A DNA stretch of 64,000 nucleotides from Eledone cirrhosa (taxonomy: Eukaryota), in assembly GCA_964016885.1 (NCBI GenBank), contig OZ024763.1, positions 12,648,001-12,712,000 on the forward strand. Direction: 5' to 3'. The notes beneath the pieces were generated by a model that saw nothing but the letters and a program-made list of their open reading frames with translations, was not told the DNA's origin and searched no databases. Made by a program: the position numbers and the translations under genes. How positions within the stretch are numbered: the stretch's first letter is position 1; the number at the start of each line of letters is the position of its first letter. Positions 26,251-38,736 of this stretch are shown here, piece after piece.

Positions 26251-26950
26251 TATTTTGTGGTATTCTAGAAATGTTTTCGACACGCTGGCACATGTGTGTG
26301 CTTGTGTGTATGTGCATATGTGTGTGCTTGTGTGTATGTGCATATATGTGTGTTTGTGTGTATGTGCATATATGTGTGCTTGTGTGTATGTGCATATGTG
26401 TGTGCTTGTGTGTATGTGCCTATGTGTGTTCTTGTGTGTATGTGCATATATGTGTGCTTGTGTGTATGTGCATATGCATACATTTATATGTATGAGTATA
26501 TAAATATGAACGCCGAAACGCAAACACACTTACAAAAATACACACTCACAGACATACATTCACAGGAACACACACATACATACATTTACATAAACACACA
26601 CATATATTCACACACAGCGTAGCAAATTGAACGTCAGCCACTGTTTTGCTATAGTTTTTTCACCAACCCCTTCTTTCCTTTTTACACACACAAACATACA
26701 TTCCGGACGGAAGAGACTGAAATTTATATATAGATTCTTAGATTCTCCTCCAAGTAGTAATTCTAGTTAAGCGCTTATTTTAAAGACACATGTGGATTTT
26801 CCTGTTAACTTCTCGCCTCTTTTATACAACATAATAGGGGTAGAGTAGCGTGATATTTAAGTGACTGAGCAGACACAGGTAAACAGAGCTAACTACTGCT
26901 AACATCCGAGGCGTCTGGAAAAAATCATCCCAATTTCTACGTTGTTTACT

Positions 26951-27150
26951 NNNNNNNNNNNNNNNNNNNNNNNNNNNNNNNNNNNNNNNNNNNNNNNNNN
27001 NNNNNNNNNNNNNNNNNNNNNNNNNNNNNNNNNNNNNNNNNNNNNNNNNNNNNNNNNNNNNNNNNNNNNNNNNNNNNNNNNNNNNNNNNNNNNNNNNNNN
27101 NNNNNNNNNNNNNNNNNNNNNNNNNNNNNNNNNNNNNNNNNNNNNNNNNN
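26951..27150. other. Assembly gap (200 N)
   Basis: Run of n. Confidence 1.
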
Positions 27151-28627
27151 TGGTGAGGTGAGGAGGAGGAGGAGGGTAATGGTGGTGAGGTGAGGAGGAG
27201 GAGGAGGGTAATGGTGGTGGTGGTGAGGAGGAGAGTTGTAAATGGTGTAATAACCAGGTAACAGTCAATGGTGGTGTAATGAGGCTTATTTATGTGAGCT
27301 AAACTATAGAATATATGTGGTGGTGGTGGTAGTGTGGTGTGTGGTGTGGTGGTGTGGTGGTAGTGTGGTGGTAGTGTGGTGTGTGGTGTGGTGGTAGTGT
27401 GGTGGTGGTAGTAGTGTGGTGGTAGTGTGGTGGTGGTAGTAGTGTGGTGGTAGTGTGGTGGTGGTAGTAGTAGTGTGGGTGGTGGTGGTAGTGTGGTGGT
27501 GGTAGTAGTGTGGTGGTAGTGTGGTGTGTGGTGTGGTGGTGTGGTGGTGTGGTGGTGGTGGTAGTAGTGTGGTGGTAGTGTGGTGGTGGTAGTAGTGTGG
27601 TGGTAGTGTGTGGTGGTGGTGGTAGTGTGGTGGTAGTGTGGTGGTGGTAGTAGTAGTGTGGTGGTGGTGGTGGTAGTGTGGTGGTGGTAGTAGTGTGGTG
27701 GTAGTGTGGTGTGTGGTGTGGTGGTGTGGTGGTGTGGTGGTGGTGGTAGTAGTGTGGTGGTAGTGTGGTGGTGGTAGTAGTGTGGTGGTAGTGTGGTGGT
27801 GGTGGTAGTGTGGTGGTAGTGTGGTGGTGGTAGTAGTAGTGTGGTGGTGGTGGTGGTAGTGTGGTGGTGGTAGTAGTGTGGTGGTAGTGTGGTGTGTGGT
27901 GTGGTGGTGTGGTGGTGTGGTGGTGGTGGTAGTAGTGTGGTGGTAGTGTGGTGGTGGTAGTAGTGTGGTGGTAGTGTGGTGTGTGGTGGTGGTAGTGTGG
28001 TGGTAGTGTGGTGGTGGTGGTAGTAGTGTGGTGGTGGTGGTGGTAGTGTGGTGGTGGTAGTAGTGTGGTGGTAGTGTGGTGTGTGGTGTGGTGGTGTGGT
28101 GGTGTGGTGGTGGTGGTAGTAGTGTGGTGGTAGTGTGGTGGTGGTAGTAGTGTGGTGGTAGTGTGTGGTGGTGGTGGTAGTGTGGTGGTAGTGTGGTGGG
28201 TGGTAGTAGTGTGGTGGTAGTGTGGTGGTGGTGGTAGTGTGGTGGTAGTGTGGTGGTGGTAGTAGTAGTGTGGTGGTGGTGGTGGTAGTGTGGTGGTGGT
28301 GGTGTGGAGGTGGTGTGGTGGTGGTGGTGGTAGTGTGGTGGTAGTGTGGTGGTGGTGGTAGTGTGGTGGTGGTGGTAGTGTGGTGGTGGTGGTAGTGTGG
28401 TGGTGGTGGTAGTGTGGTGGTAGTGTGGTGGTGGTGGTAGTGTGGTGGTGGTGTGGTGGTGTGGTGGGGGTGATGGTAGTGTGGTGGTGTGGTGGTGCGG
28501 TGGTAGTGTGGAGGTGGTGTGGTGGTGGTGGTAGTGTGGTGGTGGTGGTAGTGTGGTGGTGGTGGTGTGGTGGTAGTGTGGTGGTGGTGGTGTGGTGGTG
28601 TGTGTCTTTGATAAATTACACTCACAC

Positions 28628-28660
<33 letters not shown>

Positions 28661-28795
28661 TGTATATACATACATACATATACATATATATATATACATA
28701 TATATACACATATATATATATACATATGTATATATATATATACATATATATACATACACACCCGCATATATACATACACACACATATATATACAT

Positions 28796-28838
<43 letters not shown>

Positions 28839-29002
28839 TACATACACAGACACATATATATATATATATACATACACACAAATGTACATATATATATATG
28901 TGTACATATACACACACAGACACACGCACATATATATATATGTATATACACGCACACACATATACATATATATGTACATATACACACACATACACACACA
29001 CA

Positions 29003-29044
<42 letters not shown>

Positions 29045-29147
29045 TACACCCAGTTGAAAATGAACTAACGCAACAGTTATAATAGATTCATGCTTGATGT
29101 AAGTATATATATATATATATATAAGCTCATACAAACACACACACAAT

Positions 29148-29257
<110 letters not shown>

Positions 29258-32200
29258 GCCATTACTTGGAATTGCTTCGCTACCGTTGCCTTTCCTCAAC
29301 TTCCCACGCCATTTTGTATCTTACAAGCATGTGATATAAAAACGATAAATGTTTCTGCTCAACAAGCTGGCACGGCTGGTTGGCTGGCAGACTAGCTGGT
29401 TAATAAATTAACAGTTATAACAACCATATGTGAAATATAATAAACATGATTAATTATTGAAGGAGATAGTTGTTTGATAACTTCGGCTTTTATTTACTCT
29501 CTATGACATCATCAATAGGGATATCAATATATGTGATAAACACGATATTTTTTATTGATATTTAATTAAACTCTTCATTGCCGGCTTTCTCATGTAAAGA
29601 CACTCTCTATGGCTTTCAAACAATTGCGAAAAATAATCAAGAACATGCAGAGATTTATTAATATAACCATCTTTCTCTACACTTTAAAATATGGACATCT
29701 TTGTATCATACATAGCAGACGTGTATATATATATATATATATATAAAAACATGAGAAGAAAGAAGAATACTGCGTGGTTGCACATGGGTTACATATGATA
29801 AAAATAGTCCTTCGTCAGTGATTTTCCAACCATCATTGATATTTCATCGCATTAAAAATCATATACCTCAGGTTGGTGCGAGCAATAGCTAAATAAAGCT
29901 ATTGGGACAAGTAAATCGCGTAAAGCGAGTAAGACAAGTAAACAACATAGAAGGATGAAAGCAACGCAAAGATAGGAATAAACAAGCAACATGGTTATCT
30001 GGTCAGCATAAGCTGGGTGGATTTCATGAGCGATCGGGATAGAGACCGTCCGCTGTGAGTGAGATGTGAGCAAGAAGAGAACCCACTACAAGCTAAACGG
30101 GAGGAAGTGAGAAGGGGAGAAACAGAGAGTGAGTGAGTGGAAGTGCGAGGAAGAGGTCAGTCGAGAGAAAGTGTAACTGACAGAGGGGGCGAAAGAAGGT
30201 GAGAGCAACAGAGAGAACGGGGAAGCAGTAAGAGAGAAACAGACAAACGCAGCCGAGGTAAATATATATAAAAAACATGAGAAGAAAGAAGAATACTGCG
30301 TGGTTGCACATGGGTTATATATGATAAAAATAGTCCTTCGTCAGTGATTTTCCAACCATCATTGGTATTTCATCGCATTAAAAATCATATACCTCAGGTT
30401 GGTGCGAGCAATAGCTAAATAAAGCTATTGGGACAAGTAAATCGCGTAAAGCGTGTAAGACAAATAGTTGAGACAGTAAACAAAAAACAAAAAAATAACG
30501 TGGAAGTGAAGAGGCAGTACAAATGTTAATATTAGTTTCACGCTTGAGAGTAGGGATATATATATATATATATATAAAAGAAATGAATAAAAGGTGTTTA
30601 AAACCGTTAGGACATGTTTATATAACAGTGCGCCTACGTACGTTTCGCCCGGAATGGGATTATCAAGGGCATGGAAAACAAAAAAAAAATGATTAATACA
30701 GGACCCAGGAGGGGTTTCACGGTTAAATTAACATCAGAGTTCATTCTTCTCCTACGTCAACAAGTCTCACTTTCATTTTTAATAGATTTTAATTTCAAAT
30801 CTTATACCCATAACAAATATTTCATTTGATAAGACCGTCTTATATCCTGAAACCTTTGGTAATGGAATATTCATATTGTGTTGTTTATTATGTAACTAAA
30901 TAGCTCTGTACTATACATAGAGCACTTTTCGTTCCTTTACCTTTTCTACGGAAATATATATATATATATACACACACATACACATATATACACGTGCACA
31001 CATATATATATAAATATATATATATACATATATATATAACGTGTTTCTACCTCTTTCTTCCCCTTCAGTTGATGCAGTAGCCCACCCACCCCTTTTTGTT
31101 CGTCTTTATTTGTGTTAGATACCGGTGAAACCAGCGCTGGCTATATATCAATATTTTTGATATTTTTTTAATTAATTGATTTGATTTATTAATTGGTTGA
31201 TATTAGTTGAATTAATTTAATTGATAACCTTAATTAATTTGTTCAATTATTACCACTAATAAATCTATCAGTGTATTCTGTTTCTGGAATTTATATCAGT
31301 TACCACTGAGTAAGGTTGTGTGTGACATGGTGTAACACTGTCATAGGTACATAAAGTATGTTGTGACATGGTGTAACACTATCATAGGTACATAAAGTAT
31401 GTTGTGACATGGTGTAACACTGTCATAGGTACATAAAGTATGTTGTGACATGGTGTAACACTGTCATAGGTACATAAAGTATGTTGTGACATGGTGTAAC
31501 ACTATCATAGGTACATAAAGTATGTTGTGACATGGTGTAATACTCTCATAGGTACATAAAGTATGTTGTGACATGGTGTAACACTGTCATAGGTACACAC
31601 GTTATGTTGTGACATGGTGTAACACTGTCATAGGTACACAGGTCTTGTTGTGACATGATGTAACACTGTCATAGGTACATAAAGTATGTTGTGACATGGT
31701 GTAACACTGTCATAGGTACACACGTTATGTTGTGACATGGTGTAACACTGTCATAGGTACACAGGTCTTGTTGTGACATGGTGTAACACTGTCATAGGTA
31801 CATAAAGTATGTTGTGACATGGTGTAACACTGTCATAGGTACACAGGTCATGTGACATGGTGTAACACTGTCATAGGTACACAGGTCCTGTGACATGGTG
31901 TAACACTGCCATAGGTACACAGGTCATGTTGTGAGATGGTGCAACTGTCATAGGTACATAAAGTATGTTGTGACATCGTGTAACACTGTCATAGGTACAC
32001 AGATCCTGTGACATGGTGTAACTGTCATAGGTACATAAAGTATGTTGTGACAGTGTAACACTGTCATAGGTATACAGGTCATGTGACATGGTGTAACTGT
32101 CATAGGTACATAACGTATGTTGTGACATGGTGAAACACTGTCATAGGTACACAAGTCATGTTGTGACATGGTGTAACACTGTCATAGATACACAAGTCAT

Positions 32201-33550
32201 GTGATGTGGTGTAACACTGCCATAGGTACATAAAGTATGTTGTAACATTGTGTAACACTGTCATAGGTACACAAGTCATGTTGTGACATAATTTAACTCT
32301 GCCATAGGTACACAAACTATGCTGTGGTGTGGTGTGACACTGTCATAGGTACACAAAGTATGTTGTGACATGGTGTAACACTGTCATAGGTACATAAAGT
32401 ATGTTGTGACATGGTGTAACACTGCCATAGGTACATAAAGTATGTTGTGGTGTAACACTGCCATAGGTACACAAAGTATGTTGTGGTGTCGTGTAACACT
32501 GTCATAGGTACATAAAGTATGTTGTGGTGTAACACTGCCATAGGTACATAAAGTATGTTGTGGTGTGGTGTAACACTGCCATAGGTACATAAAGTATGTT
32601 GTGACACGGTGTAACACTGCCATAGGTACATAAAGTATGTTGTGGTATCGTGTAACACTGCCATAGGTACATAAAGTATGTTGTCACATGGTGTAACACT
32701 ATCATAGATACACAAACTATGCTGTGGTGTGGTGTGACACTGTCATAGGTACACAAAGTATTTTGTGACATGGTGTTACACTATCATCGATACACAAAGC
32801 GTTGTGTTTCAAAATGTTACACTTCATAGGTACATAAAATATTTTGTGGTATTCTAGAAATGTTTTCGACACGCTGGCACATGTGTGTGCTTGTGTGTAT
32901 GTGCATATGTGTGTGCTTGTGTGTATGTGCATATATGTGTGTTTGTGTGTATGTGCATATATGTGTGCTTGTGTGTATGTGCATATGTGTGTGCTTGTGT
33001 GTATGTGCCTATGTGTGTTCTTGTGTGTATGTGCATATATGTGTGCTTGTGTGTATGTGCATATGCATACATTTATATGTATGAGTATATAAATATGAAC
33101 GCCGAAACGCAAACACACTTACAAAAATACACACTCACAGACATACATTCACAGGAACACACACATACATACATTTACATAAACACACACATATATTCAC
33201 ACACAGCGTAGCAAATTGAACGTCAGCCACTGTTTTGCTATAGTTTTTTCACCAACCCCTTCTTTCCTTTTTACACACACAAACATACATTCCGGACGGA
33301 AGAGACTGAAATTTATATATAGATTCTTAGATTCTCCTCCAAGTAGTAATTCTAGTTAAGCGCTTATTTTAAAGACACATGTGGATTTTCCTGTTAACTT
33401 CTCGCCTCTTTTATACAACATAATAGGGGTAGAGTAGCGTGATATTTAAGTGACTGAGCAGACACAGGTAAACAGAGCTAACTACTGCTAACATCCGAGG
33501 CGTCTGGAAAAATCATCCCAATTTCTACGTTGTTTACTGGACGAACTCAC

Positions 33551-33590
33551 AGAGAATCCCTAGCCGATTCCGGGATGTTATATAACTCAG
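33551..33590 (-). other. Candidate 40-nt exon
   Basis: Acceptor ATATTTCCCAG and donor TCT|GTGAGT; open frame xELYNIPESARDSL. Confidence 0.2.
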
Positions 33591-33850
33591 CTGGGAAATA
33601 TGCACTTATTTACATACATTTTGGCATCGGCGAAACCAGCGTTGCTTCGGGTATATATCAATATTATTGATTTTTTTAATTAGTTGAATTATTAATTGGG
33701 CCATATCAATTGTAATAATTTGTTCAAATATAACCACTACGTTACCAAATCTAATCTATTTCAGTTATCATTGAGTAAGATGTGGCATGTGGTTAGATTG
33801 TCATGGATACACAACTCATCAGCTAGTAGTGTGATTTCGTAAATCTAATG

Positions 33851-33891
<41 letters not shown>

Positions 33892-33933
33892 AGAAAAAAA
33901 GAGAATCAGTGTTGCGACGAATGTAATTTATTG

Positions 33934-34018
33934 GACATATTACAATCGTTTCTCTGGCGACCAGCTCGAAGCACGATCGATGTGATGATCGAACCTGACG
34001 TAAGGTCTTCAGTACGTC
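33934..34018 (-). ncRNA. Hammerhead motif with expanded stem II
   Basis: Minus strand reads GACGTA CTGAAGA [~55 nt including AGGTTCGATC] GAAAC GATT GTA ATATGTC, between two (TA)n runs. Confidence 0.55.
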
Positions 34019-34537
34019 TTGATTCTACTAAGCAGATTATATATATATATATATAGTGAGAGTATTGAAGTTTGCTTGAAGCATTGTCGAATAATATGTA
34101 AATATCTTTAAGTCGTTTGGAAGCCTCGACAATGCAAATGGGTAAATCTCCGGGTAACAAGATCCGGTGGTGGAGAGAGAGATGTAAGTGGGTGTACGTT
34201 GAGATGCGTGGCGTGTATAAGACGTGTAGAGGAATGAAGGAAAGAGTATAAAGGATAAAATTAAAATAACAACACGAGAGAGAGTTACCTTGGGAGAGAT
34301 TTAATTGTCCCTATATATTTCGGATTTACATCCATCAACTGGGGGTTTTTTACGGGGTGGAGGAAAGGTTGTCTGTCGGAAAGGTGCGAAACGCGTCCTC
34401 CGCTGTTTGTTGTTTTGAATATATATATATAATAAGTGGTTACACAACAGTTAATTCACCAGACCGAGAACAATTGTTTCACGGCTCGTAATCAGATTAC
34501 ATTTATTGTATTCAGCCATGTAGAGCGGAATTTTCTT

Positions 34538-34729
<192 letters not shown>

Positions 34730-34827
34730 TTCCACACCAAATTAGTAAACTTTATACCGAACTCACCCTATAGACTGAGTGGTCTACTTACTTCTGATAT
34801 TACTTCCCGGTTTTTTACCACGATATA

Positions 34828-34856
34828 CTAGCAGAATGGCCCGGCGTTGCTCGGGC
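34828..34856 (-). mobile_element. Helitron 3' terminus (hairpin plus CTAG)
   Basis: Minus strand reads GCCCGAGCAACGCCGGGCCATTCTGCTAG|T. Confidence 0.7.
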
Positions 34857-35027
34857 TTCTAAACATAGATTGCCATGTTTATCCCTCCTTTCTGAAACAG
34901 TACAGAGAAGTACGGAATACCTCGGCCTTGGGGATGGCAATTATATCCCAATGTATTACTGGTACTTTATTTTATCGGCCCCGTAAGGATGAAAGGCAAA
35001 GTTAACCTCGGTGGGATTTATATAATG

Positions 35028-35060
<33 letters not shown>

Positions 35061-35062
<2 letters not shown>

Positions 35063-35190
35063 AATTACATGAATCAAAGTTCAGTTTAAATCATTTATTT
35101 GCTTACAATTGTTTCCTCCAAACCGAGGTTTGGAGGAAACAATTGTAAGCAAATAAATGATTTAAACTGAACTTTGATTCATGTAATTTC
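35061..35190. repeat. Perfect 64-bp-arm inverted repeat with a 2-nt loop, carrying an HHR 3' half
   Basis: GAAATTACATG...CCTCCAAACC GA GGTTTGGAGG AAACAATTGTA...CATGTAATTTC. Confidence 0.9.
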
Positions 35191-35352
35191 TATATAACTG
35201 CTCTGTAAAACAACTGATGTTGTTACATTGAGCTATTTATCTTACTGGTAATAAGGTAGTAATATATTACTGTCTTTCACTATTTAGGGTTTAAAATATA
35301 TATAACTATAAAATGTTTTAGTATATACATAACCATAAATAGTAATCCTTAA

Positions 35353-35418
<66 letters not shown>

Positions 35419-35817
35419 GATATTAAACAAATGGAAACTATATTTATAAAACCAAAACTATCTACTCCAAAACTTGTTGAGTGCTTTATATCAGTTATAA
35501 AATATTTACTCGTTGTAACCCAACAATTTTAAATAAAACTTTTGCATATATATATATATATATTACTTGTACTCCTGCGTTGTCTGTCTTTTGTATTCTG
35601 AACTATAGATATGTATATACACACATGTTTGTGTGCACTTTGTACGCTGGTGAGCTATATAATCCAGTTAAGTTAGCAACAGCTAAATAGTTTATGTGCT
35701 TATATCTGACCTGGCTGGCTAGCTGGTTGTTTACCGGAGCGATTGAAGTTGTTTGTTAAAATCAACAAAGATCCTTATTCTCTATGCAAACATCACCCCT
35801 CTCTTTTACTCTTTCTT

Positions 35818-35978
35818 CAAGATGGCCGCCGCCTAAGTGTTGCTTACAAAAGGAAGGTTTGTGCGCGAGTGTTGAGTGATGTAGTGGAGTGGAGTGGAGA
35901 TAATTGTTCACACCCTCATGCTATTTAATACCCTGTCATCAACGCACCAGGTGCCACCACCACCCGCACCGCCAATAG
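35818..35978 (-). promoter_or_regulatory. Candidate Pol II promoter, TSS near 35895
   Basis: CCAAT at 35972-35976, TATTAAATA (minus) at 35922-35930, pyrimidine-rich Inr-like sequence ~30 bp downstream, and a YY1-type CAAGATGGCCGCC at 35818-35830. The sequence is non-repetitive and contains CpG. Confidence 0.35.
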
Positions 35979-36483
35979 ACCACCGTTACAATGTCTGACA
36001 GGGTTAACCTTAACAAACTTCAGACACTCGTCTTTCTTTCTCTCTACCCCCCCCCCTCTCCTCTCTCATATCTCTCTCTCCTCTTTTAGCTCGCTCTCTT
36101 TCACACACTACCTCTCCTCGCTCTCTCCCCTTTCACCTCTCTTTCTCACACACCCCTCTCTCCCTCTTCTCTATCTCACCCCCCCCCCCCTCTCTCTCTC
36201 CGCCATCTCACACCCCTCTCCCTACTCCATCACACCCCCTCCTCCTCTCCCTCTCAAAATAATCAACAAAGAAATGTCACGTTCACGTTTTACAAATATT
36301 TAGTGTTTGTTTCTAGCTTGGATTTTGTTTATTCATTGAATCTCTATCTATTTATCTCTCTGTCTGTCTGTCTGTCTGTCTATCTGTCTATCAATCTATC
36401 TATCTGTCTATCTATCTATTTATTTATTTACCTATCTGTCTTGCCTGTCTGTTTAACCATCCATCAATCTATCTCCCCCAACG

Positions 36484-36584
<101 letters not shown>

Positions 36585-36807
36585 TAACGAAGGAGTTGTG
36601 GTAAGGAACCAGATGGACCATAACACACCAGAGTACTCAATAATTAGGGTAGTAGAGTGGGTAATAGGAAATTACCGTCGAAACGGCTTGAGCTCTGCCG
36701 TCGGGGTTAAACATTTTCCTATATATAAAGGCGGTGACTGTCTAATAACTGAGCGGGTAAACTAATAAAAACTATATACATACATACATACAGACAGACA
36801 GACAGCT

Positions 36808-37195
36808 CTGAGTAGAGACCATTGTAGTAGCGGTAGAAGAGAGAGGAGGGGTGACATCCCGTCTATGAGTGACCCAGGTTGGAGGGGGGAGGGGACATGT
36901 AACCAACAGGTTCTGAGTAGAGACCATTGTAGTAGCGGTAGAAGAGAGAGGAAGGGTGACATCCCGTCTATGAGTGACCCAGGTTGGAGGGGGGAGGGGA
37001 CATGTAACCAACAGGTTCTGAGTAGAGACCATTGTAGTAGCGGTAGAAGAGAGAGGAGGGGTGACATCCCGTCTATGAGTGACCCAGGTTGGAGGGGGGA
37101 GGGCACATGTAACCAACAGGTTCCTGTGAGGAGCAGAGACCAATGTAGTAGCGGTACGTGAGACAGAGGAGGTGACATCCCGTCTGTGAGTGATA
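36808..37195. repeat. 105-bp tandem repeat (~3.7 units)
   Basis: CTGAGTAGAGACCATTG recurs at 36808, 36913 and 37018. Confidence 0.9.
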
Positions 37196-37276
37196 AGAGG
37201 ATGGAGTGGATGTCAGAGAGTTTATTAAACTGATCAAGTGTTACCGTGGATTCGGTTTAGGATACCAATGTGACGG

Positions 37277-38150
37277 ACACGGGCCCCACCCTAGCAATAC
37301 TCTACTGTGGGGCTCACCTGAACACCGGCCCCACCCTAGCAATACTCCACTGTGGGGCTCACCTGAACACCGGCCCCACCCTAGCAGTACTCCACTGTGG
37401 GGCTCACCTGAACACCGGCCCCACCCTAGCAATACTCCAATGTGGGTCACAACAGAACACCGGCCCCACCCCTAGCAGTACTCCACTGTGGGGCTCACCT
37501 GAACACCGGCCCCACCCTAGCAGTACTCCACTGTGGGGCTCACCTGAACACCGGCCCCACCCTAGCAATACTCCACTGTGGGGCTCACCTGAACACCGGC
37601 CCCACCCTAGCAATACTCCAATGTGGGTCACAACAGAACACCGGCCCCACCCTAGCAGTACTCCACTGTGGGGCTCACCTGAACACCGGCCCCACCCTAG
37701 CAGTACTCCACTGTGGGGCTCACCTGAACACCGGTCCCACCCTAGCAGTACTCCACTGTGGGGCTCACCTGAACACCGGCCCCACCCTAGCAATACTCCA
37801 CTGTGGGGCTCACCTGAACACCGGCCCCACCCTAGCAATACTCCACTGTGGGGATCAACCTGAACAATACCGGCCCCCACCCTAGCAATACTCTACTGTG
37901 GGTCTCACCTGAACAACACCGGCCCCACCCTAGCAATACTCCACTGTGGGGATCAACCTGAACAACACCGGCCCCACCCTAGCAATACTCCACTGTGGGG
38001 CTCACCTGAACAACACCAGCCCCACCCTAGCAATACTCCACTGTGGGGCTCACCTGAACAACACCAGCCCCACCCTAGCAATACTCCACTGTGGGGATCA
38101 CCTGAACACCGGCTCCACCCTAGCAATACTCCACTGCGGGGATCACCTGA
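37277..38150. repeat. 45-bp minisatellite (CCGGCCCCACCCTAGCAATACTCCACTGTGGGGCTCACCTGAACA)n
   Basis: About 19 units; 15-aa periodicity in the ORF track. Confidence 0.95.
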
Positions 38151-38390
38151 CCTTTACAGAGGGTCATCAATTGTTGGGAATGATGAAGGTCAGACAGTGA
38201 CTTTAAATTCCATTGTGGACCGAAGTGTGGAAGGATTAATATTGTCATGCACTCTGTGACCCCGTCTTTACACCCCCCCCCAAAAAAAAAAGAATCCAGG
38301 TGTAAACTACGAGCAAGAAGGTTGGATAAGGTCCATAAGCTCATTCAGAACTGAGACAAATAGACTAAATCATATGACACAGGTACACAC

Positions 38391-38437
<47 letters not shown>

Positions 38438-38439
<2 letters not shown>

Positions 38440-38582
38440 CATAGAGTTACGGCCTTTGCCATTCTGAGTTCAAATCCCGCCGAGGTTAACTTTGCCTTTC
38501 ATCCTTACGGGGGTGGATAAAATAAAGTACCAGTAATACACTGGGTAATTGCTGGCCTTGTGCCCCCAAAAGTAGAAACAAT
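38438..38582 (+). mobile_element. SINE family 1 copy, 5'-truncated
   Basis: B box and core. Confidence 0.85.
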
Positions 38583-38682
<100 letters not shown>

Positions 38683-38736
38683 TGTAAAAGGTAAACAGAA
38701 ATAACACAACTAGTACAGGATATGGAAGGAATATAT

